64,000 bases of DNA from an uncultured Frigoriglobus sp. (GTDB lineage Bacteria; Planctomycetota; Planctomycetia; Gemmatales; Gemmataceae). Of the stretch, positions 16,389 to 27,960 are shown piece by piece. The stretch's first letter is position 1; each line of letters starts with the position of its first letter. Under the pieces are notes generated by a model. That model saw nothing but the letters and a program-made list of their open reading frames with translations, ran no database searches and was not told the origin of the DNA. The DNA is taken from NCBI GenBank assembly GCA_964495365.1, contig CAZBXY010000003.1, positions 11,180 to 75,179 of the forward strand. Direction: 5' to 3'. The position numbers were made by a program, and so were the translations under genes.

Positions 16389-18341
16389 ATGCTTCAGTTA
16401 CTCAAGGCCATCGTCGCCGCCGTCGGGAGGTTCGTTCTCCCCTGGCTCTTCGCGGGGTGGCTCTTTTGGATGATGACCGTTCTGCCGCTTTCCTGGCCCT
16501 TGTGGGTGTCGGTGGGAGTGGCGATCGTGGTCGGCTACCTCCTCCAGAAGGACGCGAAGTCGCTCCTGGAGAAGTTCTGTCGGTTCGACGAAGCCGTCGT
16601 GACGCCGGGCGGCAAAGTTAGCCGGCCGGAGATAAAACTCCGCGGCCACGACCGGCTGTTGGAGCTGCACCTCATTCTGGCGGCGGGGTTGTCCGCCGGG
16701 TTCCTCGCCGCAACCCGCTTCTTCGACGCCCACTTCGTGCCGATCGGGTCCGGGGAGACGGGCGCCGCACGCATGATCGCGGCCGTGGTGGTTTCTTCCG
16801 TGCTCGGGTATCTCGCCTACCTGTGCGGGCGTCACCTCCTCTTCCGGCAAACCAGTTCGGTCCTCCGGGGACGGCGGGTGAAGGACCAGAAGGACGCCCG
16901 CAAGGAACTCTCCCGCCATCGGGAGCCGGGGGAACCGGAGATCGCCTGGGGAGGTGTCGGACTGCCATGGTCGTCGGGGCCTCGCCACTTCCTTGCGGCG
17001 GGGATGACCGGCAGCGGGAAAACGAACCTCCTCCTCCAGTTCATGGCGAGCGTACTCGTCTGGATCGGGCGAAAGCCGGACCAGCGGGCCCTCGTCTACG
17101 ACCCGAAGACCGAACTGCTCAGTTTCCTTCACGGCCTCGGTCTCGGCCCGAAAGTGCGGGTGCTCCACCCGCTCGACATTCGCGGGTGCGCCTGGAATCT
17201 GGCCGCTGACATCACCAGCGCAACGGCGGCCCAGCAAGTCGCCGCGGTGCTCATCCCCGAAGAGAAGGAAAGCAAAAACCCGTACTTCTCAATCGCAGCC
17301 CAGCAACTCCTGGCCGGTGTCTTCACCTTCCTCACGAAGGCCGCACCCGGGAAGTGGGATTTGCGGGACGCGATCTTCATCATGGAGCGGATGGAACTGC
17401 TCCGGCAGGCCCTGGAGCGCTATCCGGAGACCGCGGGACTGGTCGAGGAGTATTTCCAGCCCGAGGACACGTTCGCCAACGTGCGAAGCACCGTGGCCAA
17501 CTGGATGCGTCGCTACCGGCCGATCGCGGCGTGCTGGCACCGGGCCGCCGAGAAGGTGAGTCTGGAGGACTGGATTCGGGGCGAGTACGTCTTGCTGCTC
17601 GGGCAGGACGACTCGATCCGGGTGCAGATGGACGCGATCAACCGCGCCCTCTTTTCGCGGGCCACCCAACTGATCCTCCGTGCTGGCGACAGTCCGACGC
17701 GGCGCACCTGGCTGATCGTCGATGAGGTTCGGGAGTTGGGCCACCTGGACGGGTTGTCCCGGTTCCTCAATACGGCCCGGTCGAAGGGAGCGTGTTTCTG
17801 CGGCGGCTACCAGACGCCCTCCGGGATGAAGGCCGCGGTCGGCGACCACATCGCGGACGAGATCAACGACAACATCTGGAACTGGGCGCTCTGCCGGATG
17901 GGGGGCGACGTGAGCGCGGAGTGGGCGTCGAAACTGGTGGGTGAAGTGGAGTTGGAAGAGACGGTCGGTCCGGGCGGGGCGAGTGCCTCAACGAGCATTG
18001 TGAAACGGCGGGCGCTCCTGCCCGAATACTTCATGGAACTGCCACCGCCATCGCCCCGAACAGGGGTGGGCGGGGTCTTCATCACCCCGTACACGGGGGC
18101 TTACACCTACTCGGTTCCGGGTTCCGAGATCGCCAAGTCACGCCGCCTCGCCCGAGCGGATGTGCCGAACTTCGTGCCGCGGCCGAAGGACCACCAGGAA
18201 CTCATGCCCTGGACAGAGGACGATTACCGACGCCTTGGGCTCACCTTGGAGCAACGGCATGGCGGTCGAGAAACCACATCGAACGAGGCGAACAGACCGC
18301 GCGTTGTCGGAAGGAGAAACCGTGACGAAGTGAGCCGCTGA
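16389..18341 (+). CDS. Type IV coupling protein (TraD/TrwB family)
   Basis: N-terminal TM helices; HFLAAGMTGSGKT, ALVYDPK, PLDIRGCAWN, WLIVDEV, ARSKG. Confidence 0.88.
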   Translation: MLQLLKAIVAAVGRFVLPWLFAGWLFWMMTVLPLSWPLWVSVGVAIVVGYLLQKDAKSLLEKFCRFDEAVVTPGGKVSRPEIKLRGHDRLLELHLILAAGLSAGFLAATRFFDAHFVPIGSGETGAARMIAAVVVSSVLGYLAYLCGRHLLFRQTSSVLRGRRVKDQKDARKELSRHREPGEPEIAWGGVGLPWSSGPRHFLAAGMTGSGKTNLLLQFMASVLVWIGRKPDQRALVYDPKTELLSFLHGLGLGPKVRVLHPLDIRGCAWNLAADITSATAAQQVAAVLIPEEKESKNPYFSIAAQQLLAGVFTFLTKAAPGKWDLRDAIFIMERMELLRQALERYPETAGLVEEYFQPEDTFANVRSTVANWMRRYRPIAACWHRAAEKVSLEDWIRGEYVLLLGQDDSIRVQMDAINRALFSRATQLILRAGDSPTRRTWLIVDEVRELGHLDGLSRFLNTARSKGACFCGGYQTPSGMKAAVGDHIADEINDNIWNWALCRMGGDVSAEWASKLVGEVELEETVGPGGASASTSIVKRRALLPEYFMELPPPSPRTGVGGVFITPYTGAYTYSVPGSEIAKSRRLARADVPNFVPRPKDHQELMPWTEDDYRRLGLTLEQRHGGRETTSNEANRPRVVGRRNRDEVSR

Positions 18342-18447
18342 CTGCCATCAGATGTGCTACCTCTGGGCCGGGAAAAGCGATAGGTCTCGGCCCAGGACGT
18401 TTCGGCATGTTCGACTTCGGGGTTGGTCGTTGATGGGGCTGAACCGA

Positions 18448-19233
18448 CTACGCCTCAACCCACCACTTTCTCAACAGATCGCGGCTGGCGAACAGATACT
18501 CCTTCTGTGGCGAGAAGACTTCCAGCGTGATGGTTCTGTCATAGCCGGTCGCCTTGAGCTTCCGAATGTGCTCCGGCCAGTTGGTCGTGCTGCGCGGTGC
18601 CGATCCAATCGGCAGGTGCTGATCGGCCGTGCCGTCGTTTTCCGACAGGTGAACGTGCAGGAGCTTTCCGCCCAGGACCGACAGGTACTCGTCCCACCGG
18701 TCGTAACCACGCTCCAGTTTGGCGTGCCCGCTGTCCAGGTGGAACCGCAGGAGGGGAACCCGTTCCATCACCGCGACGATGTGCTCAAGCTGCTCGCTTC
18801 CAGCGAACGGTACGTGTTCCAGCACGATGGTCACGCCCACGGCCGCGGCCTCGTCGCAGAGGCGAGACAAGACCTCGACGTGCCAACCAATGACCTGCTC
18901 GCCGGGAAAGAAACTGGGCGGCTTGGCATAGTGGACGTTCAGGACCGTTGCCCCGATCTCGCGGGCCGCTGGCAACACCCGCAGGAACTCGGCAAGGCAC
19001 GCTTCCCGGACGCCGCCGAAGGGCGTGCCGTAAGGGAGATACCAGGCCGTGTGCGCCACGACACCGAGGTTGTGGCGTGTGAGAGCCGCGCGAATGGCAC
19101 TTGCGTCAACCTGACTCGCGTCGGCGGCGGGCGGCTCGAAGGTGAAATCCACGAAATCGAAGGCGTTCTTGGCGATCCACTCGATCTCGTCCAGCGGGTT
19201 TTGCGCCGGGTGGTTCATCGCACCGATCTTCAT
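18448..19233 (-). CDS. Sugar phosphate isomerase/epimerase (xylose isomerase-like TIM barrel)
   Basis: TIVLEH, FHLDSGHA, LHVHLSENDG..DQHLPIG, ITLEVF. Confidence 0.85.
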   Translation of the reverse strand: MKIGAMNHPAQNPLDEIEWIAKNAFDFVDFTFEPPAADASQVDASAIRAALTRHNLGVVAHTAWYLPYGTPFGGVREACLAEFLRVLPAAREIGATVLNVHYAKPPSFFPGEQVIGWHVEVLSRLCDEAAAVGVTIVLEHVPFAGSEQLEHIVAVMERVPLLRFHLDSGHAKLERGYDRWDEYLSVLGGKLLHVHLSENDGTADQHLPIGSAPRSTTNWPEHIRKLKATGYDRTITLEVFSPQKEYLFASRDLLRKWWVEA

Positions 19234-19562
19234 AAAGCCCTCCTTCCTGGCGCGGCGATGGGATGCTCCGAACACGACTCGGGGAAGCCTTTCTCGCCAC
19301 GCTCAATCTTACCGGATCATCGGCGTGGTCGCCCCCTCGGCGACCACAAGCCTCGTAAACCTCTTTCCCACTCAGGCGGGCGTTCCAGGGGAAATGGAGG
19401 GAGATGGGGTGGCAATCCCCACGATGGTTGAGGCAAAGCCGCGAGGCAGAGGTTGACAATGGGACGGCAGGGTGCGATTGGCCAAACGCAAAGGCCAGGA
19501 ACACGCTCAGCACGAATTTGCTCCACCGCCACGATGGGCGGATGGGGTGTCGAGGTGCTGCG

Positions 19563-19844
19563 ATGAGCGTCGAAGAACGGCTGGAGCGTATTGAGCAGAT
19601 GCTGGCCACGCTGGTTCGGCAGCAAACAATCAAGGAATGGTACACGACCGCTGAAGTCGGTGGACTCCTCGGGCGTGCAGAGTACACAGTCAGAGAGTGG
19701 TGCAGACAAGGGCGCATCCGGGCGAAAAAGAAGCCGTGCGGTCGGGGAAAAGGCGGCGAGTGGCTCATTTCTCATGAAGAATTGACTCGCCTCAAGAACG
19801 AAGGACTTCTCCCCTTCCGACCCGTGGTTTCATCAATGTGTTAA
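19563..19844 (+). CDS. HTH DNA-binding protein, excisionase-like
   Basis: EWYTTAEVGGLLGRAEYTVREWCRQGRIRAKK...WLI. Confidence 0.75.
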   Translation: MSVEERLERIEQMLATLVRQQTIKEWYTTAEVGGLLGRAEYTVREWCRQGRIRAKKKPCGRGKGGEWLISHEELTRLKNEGLLPFRPVVSSMC

Positions 19845-19919
19845 ATCGAGCGGCCCTTGAGTTGGTGAAACAGTGTGCCACCCGACGTACCAGCGAAAAG
19901 CGGGTTTCCGCGCTGGCAC

Positions 19920-20185
19920 TGACAGTATGGTGGGAATCCGGGGCAGCCAGGAGCAGTTCCGGGCCTTCCGTCGCTCGCTCAAGAGCCTAACAAGGGACGA
20001 CCCGCCCGATAGCCCCTTGGGCCTGCCCGAAGTGCCTGGTTGATCCACTTCTCGGACGGGATGCCCGGGGTGCGACCCTTCTTCCCGGCCGGCGACAGGT
20101 CGGTCCGGTCATGATACTCGTCGGCCCAGGCCAGGACTTGGTCGGTCGTGAGTGGGGGCTTACGAGGCCGAAGGCCGTTTTCGCT
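19920..20185 (-). pseudogene. Remnant of a planctomycete repeat-type hypothetical protein
   Basis: Fragments LTTDQVLAWADEYHDRT and GLSGGSSLVRLLSERR, with no intact ORF joining them. Confidence 0.4.
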
Positions 20186-20303
20186 TCTTCTGCTTCACGG
20201 CCGAACCGCGGTGGTCCGCCCTCGGTTGTGTCAGAGAGGTCGAGTTGTTGAACAGAGGAGGTCGCCCGGCGATTAGATCAGCTACATGACTTTTCGCGGC
20301 GGG

Positions 20304-21125
<822 letters not shown>

Positions 21126-21282
21126 GCGAGACTCCTGAACGGGTTTTGTGCCGTCTTCGTCGGGGGCGACCCAACTACTCGCGTTATACCATCGGACTGT
21201 GAAGAAACTGAGAAGGCAGTGTGAAGTCCCGGAGCGACTTCGGTCGCCGGTCCGGAGGCCCGTTGGACCCGGGCCAGGTCGT

Positions 21283-23193
21283 TCACCCGGCGAATGCGAC
21301 CTTCTTCCCCGAGAGCAGGCGGACCCCGAAGTTCAGCAGGGTCACCACGATCAGCAGGACCAGCGCGGCCGCCCACGCCTGCCGGTGCCAGTCCGGGTAA
21401 GGGCTGATCGCGTAGTTGAAGATGTACACCGGCAGTGACGGCGTGAAGTCGTTCGGCGAGGTCGCCCAGAACTGGTTGCTCGATGCCGTCAGCAGGAGCG
21501 GTGCCGTCTCCCCGGCGATCCGGGCGATCGACAGGAACACGGCGGTAATGACGGCCGGCAGCGCGGCCGGAAGGACGAGGTGGATGATCGTCTGCCACTG
21601 ATTCGCGCCCAGGGCGTAGCTCCCCTCCCGGAGCGACTGGGGGACGAGGCGGAGTGCCTCCTCCGAGGCCCGCATCACGACCGGGAGCATCATCACCCCA
21701 AGGGCGAATGCGCCGGCCCACCCGGAGAAGTGGCCCATCGACCGGACTACGGCAGTGTACGCGAAGATGCCGATCACGATGGACGGCACCCCGGCCAGGA
21801 GTTCGCCCACGAACCGGGCAGTCGGGGCGAGCCGGCGGCTCTTGTACTCGGCCAAGTAGACGGCGGCCAAGACGCCGAGCGGCACAGCGAACAGGGCGGC
21901 CAGGCCGACCAGCATGAAGCTGCCGAAGATGGCGTTCGCCATCCCCCCGCCGGGCCGGCCGACCGGGGCCGGCGAGTTTACAAAGAACGCCCAGTTGAGC
22001 GCCCCGGCCCCTCGCCAGACAACGTACCCGAGAATCATCAGCAAGAATCCGGCTGTAACCGCCAGGCACAGGCTGAGAACCCACGTCATCACCCGATCCA
22101 CGCGCCGGGCGGCACGGTGCCCGGTGGACGGGAGGGCCGCCCGGCGCGGCGGGGTCGGCTCCTCCTCGTCGTCCGCAGGGCCCGTCGCCAGGGCCGCCTG
22201 CGCGGTGCCCCGGCACAGCCGCCGGAAGCGGGTGAGCAACCCCGCCGAGGGCTGTGCCCGGCCGATGCGGGCCACCATCATGCGGGCGATGGAGTTGACG
22301 ACGACGCTCACGAGCAGGAGGACCAGGCCCAGTTCAACCAGCGCCGACAGGTACAGGTCGTAGGTCGCCTCGGTGAACTCGTTGGCGATCACGCTGGCGA
22401 TCGAGTTCCCGGTCCCCAGCGGGTTGAGGCTGATGTTGGTCCGGTTCCCGATTAACATGGTCACTGCCATCGTCTCCCCGAGCGCCCGCCCCAGTGCCAG
22501 GAAGCACCCGGCCACGACGCCCGGCCGGGCGAAGGGCAGGACGTTGTGCCAGATCACCTGCCACCGGGTCGCGCCGAGCGCGTAGGCTCCCTCGCGCTGG
22601 TGCCGGGGGACGGCCCGGCACGAGTCGAACGAGACGGCGGTGACGTAGGGGACGATCATCACCGCCAGGATCAGCCCGGCGGGGAGAATCCCCAGGCCGC
22701 CGGTGTTCGGGCCGCTCAGCGCGGTGATGACGGACTGGATGGCCGGGGCCATGACGAACAGCCCCCAGAACCCGTACACCACGCTCGGTATGGCCGCGAG
22801 CATCTCGACCAGGAACCCGCCGACCCGCCGCACCCGTGGGCCGGCGATCTCGGACAGGTAGGCGGCCGTTCCGACGCCCAGGGGGACGGCGATGAGCATG
22901 GCGATGGCCGAGGTCGCGACCGTGCCCCAGATGAACGCGAGTGCCCCGAACTTCCGGTGGCTCGGCTCCGGGTCCCAGGTGGCGGTGGTCAGGAACCGCC
23001 CGCCGACCGTGGTGACCGCCAGCCACGACTCCCACGCCAGGACGGCGACCAGGGCGACGAACAGTAGGACGACCGCGACGGTGGCCGCCCTGCACAGGGC
23101 CTTGAAGAGGCGGTCGCCCAACTGAGCGACGGCTGCGGGGCGTGGTCCGCCCGGCGGGGGAACGGGCAGGTGTGCTTGGGCTGATGTCGGCAT
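21283..23193 (-). CDS. pstCA: Fused phosphate permease PstC-PstA
   Basis: One 636-aa ORF holds PstC ([24 protein letters not shown]) and PstA ([25 protein letters not shown]) halves. Confidence 0.9.
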   Translation of the reverse strand: MPTSAQAHLPVPPPGGPRPAAVAQLGDRLFKALCRAATVAVVLLFVALVAVLAWESWLAVTTVGGRFLTTATWDPEPSHRKFGALAFIWGTVATSAIAMLIAVPLGVGTAAYLSEIAGPRVRRVGGFLVEMLAAIPSVVYGFWGLFVMAPAIQSVITALSGPNTGGLGILPAGLILAVMIVPYVTAVSFDSCRAVPRHQREGAYALGATRWQVIWHNVLPFARPGVVAGCFLALGRALGETMAVTMLIGNRTNISLNPLGTGNSIASVIANEFTEATYDLYLSALVELGLVLLLVSVVVNSIARMMVARIGRAQPSAGLLTRFRRLCRGTAQAALATGPADDEEEPTPPRRAALPSTGHRAARRVDRVMTWVLSLCLAVTAGFLLMILGYVVWRGAGALNWAFFVNSPAPVGRPGGGMANAIFGSFMLVGLAALFAVPLGVLAAVYLAEYKSRRLAPTARFVGELLAGVPSIVIGIFAYTAVVRSMGHFSGWAGAFALGVMMLPVVMRASEEALRLVPQSLREGSYALGANQWQTIIHLVLPAALPAVITAVFLSIARIAGETAPLLLTASSNQFWATSPNDFTPSLPVYIFNYAISPYPDWHRQAWAAALVLLIVVTLLNFGVRLLSGKKVAFAG

Positions 23194-23217
23194 GACGGCA
23201 TCCTCCGTGTTCGGGGT

Positions 23218-24249
23218 TCACTCGGACGTGCGGATCAGGTTGAGCTTTCCTTCCGCCCGTTTGACGAGACCCTCCGGCAGCCGGGCGTAGTCCATCTCCT
23301 CGCAGAACGGCTGGCCGTCGTGGATCACCCACCACAGGAAGTCGCGAATCTGCCGCCCCTTCGCCGGCGGCAGGTTGACGTACACCACCGCCCAGACGGT
23401 GCCACTGATCGGGTAGGAGTCCTTGCCGGGCGCATCGGTGATCGAGTACCGGAGGTCGTCGGGGATGTTCGTGAGAGCGGCGTCGGCGGCCGCCGTCACA
23501 GATCCCAGGCTGGCCCTCACGAATACCCCCTCCTTGTTTCGCACCAATCCGAACGGGATGTCGTTGTGCAGGGCGTAGGTCAGTTCGATGTAGCCGAGGC
23601 TCCCGGGCGACCGGCGGACCTGGCCGGCCACGCCCTCACCACCCTTCTGCCCGATACCGACCGGCCAGTTGACCGACGTGCCGACGCCCACCTTTTGCTT
23701 CCATTCCGGGCTGACCTTCGCGAGGTAGTCCACCCAGACGTAGGTGGTCCCGCTGCCGTCGGACCGGCGGACGACGATGATCTCCTGCTCCGGCAGGTTG
23801 GCACCGGGATTGAGGTCGCGGAGGGCCGGGTCGTTCCACTTGGTGATCTTGCCGAGGTAGATGTCGGCCAGGACCGGGCCGGTGAACTGGAGCGGCTCGC
23901 TGACGCCGGGCAGGTTGTAGGCCGGGACGACCGCGCCCATGCAGAGCGGGACGTGGATCACGTCGCCGTTGACCGAGTGGGCCTTCTTCAGGTTCTCCGC
24001 GTTCATCGGCCCGTCGGTGCAGCCGAAGTCGAACGTCCGCGCGGTCATCTGCCGGATGCCGCCCCCGGACCCGATCGACTGGTAGTTCACCTGGATTGTG
24101 GTGGCCTTCTCGTACTCGAAGGTCCACAGGCTCATCATCGGGTACACGAATGTGGACCCACCGGCGTTGAGCCGCCGCCCCTCGTGGCTGGTACACCCCG
24201 CGCCGAGCAGGGCGGCACAGGCCAGGACGGTCGACGCGACGCGGTACAT
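23218..24249 (-). CDS. pstS: Phosphate-binding lipoprotein
   Basis: Lipobox LGAGC, AGGSTFVYP, NYQSIGSGGGI, RRSDGSGTT. Confidence 0.95.
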   Translation of the reverse strand: MYRVASTVLACAALLGAGCTSHEGRRLNAGGSTFVYPMMSLWTFEYEKATTIQVNYQSIGSGGGIRQMTARTFDFGCTDGPMNAENLKKAHSVNGDVIHVPLCMGAVVPAYNLPGVSEPLQFTGPVLADIYLGKITKWNDPALRDLNPGANLPEQEIIVVRRSDGSGTTYVWVDYLAKVSPEWKQKVGVGTSVNWPVGIGQKGGEGVAGQVRRSPGSLGYIELTYALHNDIPFGLVRNKEGVFVRASLGSVTAAADAALTNIPDDLRYSITDAPGKDSYPISGTVWAVVYVNLPPAKGRQIRDFLWWVIHDGQPFCEEMDYARLPEGLVKRAEGKLNLIRTSE

Positions 24250-24282
24250 GAAAGCCCTCCGTTGTGAACCCGGTCCCATCGC

Positions 24283-26046
24283 TCAGTTCGCCTCGAACAG
24301 ATCGGCCGGCAGCGGCGCATCCGCGTCGGCCGGCGGCCCAATCCCGGCGGCGCGGGCGAAGATCGCGGCCACGGACGCCGGCGACACCATCTCCTTCCTC
24401 ACGCCCGGCCGGACGCCGGGGCCGTAGACCATGAGCGGGACGTGGGTGTCGTAGGAATGCGGGGAACCGTGCGTGGTGCCGGTCGCGAACTCGGAGCCGG
24501 GCAGGTAGTACGGCTTGGTGACCACGGCCACGTCCCCGCAACGGTCGGGGTAGAACGAGCGCAGCACCCGCTGACCGATGACATCGTCCTTCGGCAGGCC
24601 CGCGACCAAGCGGCTGCAGGGGTAGGTCGTGAGGATGCCCGGCTGCGTCTTGAGCCAATCGGCCAGGGCCTGCTCCACTTTCGCCGGCTCCAGGCTCCGA
24701 TCGCGCAGCAGCTTCTGGTTCAGGAACACCCACCCGTTGGACACAACATCGACCCACCGACGCTTCGTCCCGCTGCCGTCGCCGAACGTCTTCTCCAGGA
24801 ACGCCTCGGTGTCCCGGCCGAGCAGCGTCGGCGGGATGCGCCCCGCGTCCTTGCCCTGGGCGCGGGCCACCTCCGGCAGCGGGCAGACGCCGTGGTCCGC
24901 CGTCAGAGCGAGCAGGTAGCGGTCCTTGCCGACCGTCACGTCCAGGTGGTCGAGCAGGCCCTTCAAGGTGAGGTCGCTCCGCAGGGTGGTGTCGAGTACC
25001 TCCTGCGAGTCCGGCCCCCAGACGTGGCCGACCGGGTCGTTGCTGGTGAAACTCACGCAGAGGAGGTCGGTCGCCTCGCCCCGGCCCAACCCTTCGGCGT
25101 CAATGGCCTCCTTCGCCAGGTCGAGGAGCAGTTCGTTCCCGAACGGCGAGGTGTAGAGCGCCTGGTAGTACGCGGCCCCCGGTGCCTTCAGGCCGCCGTC
25201 CATCGGGTGCGGGAACGTCCGCCCCTGCTTGACCCCGGTCCCCTCGCCCGCGACATCATCCCGGCCGCTCAACTTTTCGTAGTCCAGGTCGCTGCGGAGC
25301 CGGGTCCAGTCCTTGCCGAACCAGCGGTCGGCCGGCCGCCGGCGGTTGAACGCCTCGACCCACGGGTGGGGCGACTCGCGGTAGTAGGTGGAGGTGATGA
25401 ACTCGCCAGTGTCGGTGTCGAGCCAGTAGCAGGCGTCCGGCTTCCGGCCGCCCGGCAGGATGGCGGAGCGGTCCTTGAAGGACAGGGCCACGACCCGCGC
25501 CTTGCCGCCCGTGGCGTCTTTGAGGGCATCCGCGAACGGCTGGGCCTTCAGCGTGTCGGGCGAGACCCGGCTGACTGCCAGTTTCTTCTCCTTGTCCTTG
25601 CCCTCGTAGGGCGGGGCCGGGGGCACCCGCGTGTGGCGAGGGGAGGCGACGCAATAGACCGGGCCGCCGGCAGCCCGGTCGTACCAGTCGTTCCCGACGA
25701 TCCCGTGCTTGTCCGGCGAACAGCCGGTCAGGACCGCGGCGTGCCCGGCCGCCGTCAGGGTGCCGGCGAACGGGTAGTGGCACTCGGTGTACCACGCCCC
25801 CTCGTTCTGGAGGCGGCGGAACCCGCCCTCTCCGAACTCGTTCTGCCACCGGGCCGGGTAGTCGCCCCGCAACTGGTCGAAGACGACGAGGACGAGCAGG
25901 CGGGGGCGGCCGTCGGTGGCGGGCGGCGGGTTCCCGCCTTTGGGCGTAGAGAACCAGCCGAGGGCGAATGCCACTACCAAGCCTAGGGCAGTGACCGCCA
26001 CGAGGCCCAGCCCAATCCGGGTGAATCTTCGTCGCGAGTCCGACAT
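24283..26046 (-). CDS. Alkaline phosphatase family protein (PafA-like)
   Basis: VVFDQLRGDY, TLTAAGHA, SFKDRSAILPGG, D.VGH.WGPDS, LTADHG, GTTHGSPHSYDTHVP. Confidence 0.9.
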   Translation of the reverse strand: MSDSRRRFTRIGLGLVAVTALGLVVAFALGWFSTPKGGNPPPATDGRPRLLVLVVFDQLRGDYPARWQNEFGEGGFRRLQNEGAWYTECHYPFAGTLTAAGHAAVLTGCSPDKHGIVGNDWYDRAAGGPVYCVASPRHTRVPPAPPYEGKDKEKKLAVSRVSPDTLKAQPFADALKDATGGKARVVALSFKDRSAILPGGRKPDACYWLDTDTGEFITSTYYRESPHPWVEAFNRRRPADRWFGKDWTRLRSDLDYEKLSGRDDVAGEGTGVKQGRTFPHPMDGGLKAPGAAYYQALYTSPFGNELLLDLAKEAIDAEGLGRGEATDLLCVSFTSNDPVGHVWGPDSQEVLDTTLRSDLTLKGLLDHLDVTVGKDRYLLALTADHGVCPLPEVARAQGKDAGRIPPTLLGRDTEAFLEKTFGDGSGTKRRWVDVVSNGWVFLNQKLLRDRSLEPAKVEQALADWLKTQPGILTTYPCSRLVAGLPKDDVIGQRVLRSFYPDRCGDVAVVTKPYYLPGSEFATGTTHGSPHSYDTHVPLMVYGPGVRPGVRKEMVSPASVAAIFARAAGIGPPADADAPLPADLFEAN

Positions 26047-26096
26047 TGCGGGACCTCTGGTTGTGGTTGCGGTTCAGAACGATCGAAGCGGACGGC

Positions 26097-26366
26097 TCAT
26101 GTGCTGTCGGGGTCACCGGGAGGCTTGTGACCGGCGGTCCCGACCATGTCCGCCGCCCGCCGCCCCTTGAACACGAGGCGGCTGACCAGGGTGCAGACCC
26201 CGGCGACCGCACAGACGGCCAGGGTCTGTTCGCTCACCCCGGTCGTGATGAGCAGGTACAGGCCCGCCACCGCACCGATCATCTGGGCCTGCCCGAGAAC
26301 GAGTTGGAGGATCGCCCATCGGATTTGCTTCCGCCTCACGTCAGGTGGTACGGGCGCGTCTGCCAT
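26097..26366 (-). CDS. Small membrane protein
   Basis: Two hydrophobic segments, GGAG RBS, in line with the operon. Confidence 0.5.
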   Translation of the reverse strand: MADAPVPPDVRRKQIRWAILQLVLGQAQMIGAVAGLYLLITTGVSEQTLAVCAVAGVCTLVSRLVFKGRRAADMVGTAGHKPPGDPDST

Positions 26367-26413
26367 CACGTTACTCCGGCTCCATGCCACTCAAAGGCAA
26401 TGCTCGGCTACGC

Positions 26414-26839
26414 TCACACCGGATTGTCACTCCCGTCCAGCGACGCCAGAAGCGCCTTTACTTTTTCTTCAATCAGATCCCGGACGCGGCGGAACTCGTC
26501 GTCGGGAAGTTCCTTCGGATCGGGAATCTGCCACTCCTCCCGACGTACGGCCCTCACCAGGGGGCAGGCGTCGCCGCAGCCCATCGTGACGGCCACGTCG
26601 ATTTCCCGGCCGTTGAACTCGCCAAGCGACTTCGAGGCGTGAGTCGAGAGGTCGTAGCCCTTCTCCCTCATGAACTGAACCGCCCGCGGGTTCACCCGCC
26701 CCGACGGGCTGCTTCCCGCCGACGCGGCCTCGACCCGGTCGCCCCCTTGCATCCGGGCGAAGGCTTCCGCCATCTGGCTCCGGTTGCTGTTCTCGACGCA
26801 CACAAAAAGAACACGCTTCTTGGCAACTTCGCCGCTCAT
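26414..26839 (-). CDS. arsC: Arsenate reductase, LMW-PTP type
   Basis: VLFVCVENSNRSQMAEAF, TMGCGDACP, W.IPDP. Confidence 0.88.
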   Translation of the reverse strand: MSGEVAKKRVLFVCVENSNRSQMAEAFARMQGGDRVEAASAGSSPSGRVNPRAVQFMREKGYDLSTHASKSLGEFNGREIDVAVTMGCGDACPLVRAVRREEWQIPDPKELPDDEFRRVRDLIEEKVKALLASLDGSDNPV

Positions 26840-27513
26840 GACACCTTCTCCGTGTTGACGCTGCTTGCTTCAGGCTCCCGAACCACGTGGGCGATGAGGA
26901 CAGCCACGAGAGCCCCGACGGTCGGGGCTACGAGGTAGGCCCAGAGGTGTTCCATTCTCCCGCTCACGACCGCAGGTGCGAGCGACCGGGCCGGGTTCAT
27001 CGAGGCCCCGCACACGGGGCCAGCGAACATGGCTTCGAGGCCGATCACCGCCCCGACCGCGATCCCCGCGGTGATGCCCTTCTCCTTCGCACCGGTGGAG
27101 ACGCGGAGGATGACGAACATCAGGATGAGCGTGAGGAACAGCTCGAACGTGAACGACTGCCAGACGCCGCCAGCGGGGAGTGTGGCCCCGAGCGTCGGGT
27201 GAGACGGAAAGAGCGCCCGGAGGAGAGCGCTCGCCGAGAAGGCGCCGACCAGTTGGCTCCCGAGGTACGGACCGACGGCCCGGGCGGGAAAGCGGCCCGC
27301 GGCGGCAAACGCGACGGTGACGGCGGGGTTCAGATGAGCCCCCGAGACATCACCTACCGCGTAGACCATCGCGAGCACGACGAGCCCGAAGGTGGCGGCG
27401 ATTCCGACGTGCGTGACGGCCCCGCCGTGAACATCGTTCACGACGATGGCTCCGGTCCCTGCAAACACGAGGGCAAAGGTCCCGAAGAACTCTGCTACCA
27501 TCTTTCGGACCAT
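26836..27513 (-). CDS. MIP family aquaporin (AqpS-like arsenite channel)
   Basis: AEFFGTF, SGAHLNPAVT and ASMNPARS NPA motifs; sits between two arsC genes. Confidence 0.9.
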   Translation of the reverse strand: MVRKMVAEFFGTFALVFAGTGAIVVNDVHGGAVTHVGIAATFGLVVLAMVYAVGDVSGAHLNPAVTVAFAAAGRFPARAVGPYLGSQLVGAFSASALLRALFPSHPTLGATLPAGGVWQSFTFELFLTLILMFVILRVSTGAKEKGITAGIAVGAVIGLEAMFAGPVCGASMNPARSLAPAVVSGRMEHLWAYLVAPTVGALVAVLIAHVVREPEASSVNTEKVS

Positions 27514-27953
27514 CACCCCTCCCGGTCCTTGTTGAGTTGCTCGACCCAGGCCGTCACCCGCGCCTCGATCTGGCCCCGGACTTCCCGAAACCGGGCGAGC
27601 CGTTCTTCGTCCGCGCCGTCCGGGGACGCCGGGTCCGGAAACGGCCAGGAGAGTTGGGCGAGCGCGAACGGCCACAGTTTCGGGCAGGACGCCTCGGCCG
27701 CCTGACACACGATGACCACGAATCGGGGCGATTCCTTCCCGAGGTACTCCTTCAGCCCGTGCGGCTCGCGGCCTGCGAGGTCAATGCCGACCTCCCGCAT
27801 CACCCGCACCGTCAGCGGGTGGATTGGCTTCGCCTCAAGCCCCGCACTCATCACCTCGAACCAGTCGCCGGCCGCGCGCCGGAAAAAGGCTTCGGCCATC
27901 ACGCTCCGCGCTGAGTTCGCCGTACACAGGAACAAGACCCCCGGCTTCCTCAT
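27513..27953 (-). CDS. arsC: Arsenate reductase, thioredoxin-dependent type
   Basis: VLFLCTANSARS.MAEAF, IVC..AEASCP, WPFPDPA. Confidence 0.88.
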   Translation of the reverse strand: MRKPGVLFLCTANSARSVMAEAFFRRAAGDWFEVMSAGLEAKPIHPLTVRVMREVGIDLAGREPHGLKEYLGKESPRFVVIVCQAAEASCPKLWPFALAQLSWPFPDPASPDGADEERLARFREVRGQIEARVTAWVEQLNKDREG

Positions 27954-27960
27954 AACCCTC

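Noticed and set aside
19819-19846. ATGTGTTAAAT as XerD arm of a dif-like site
   Set aside because: No credible XerC arm at 6-bp spacing; overlaps a stop codon.
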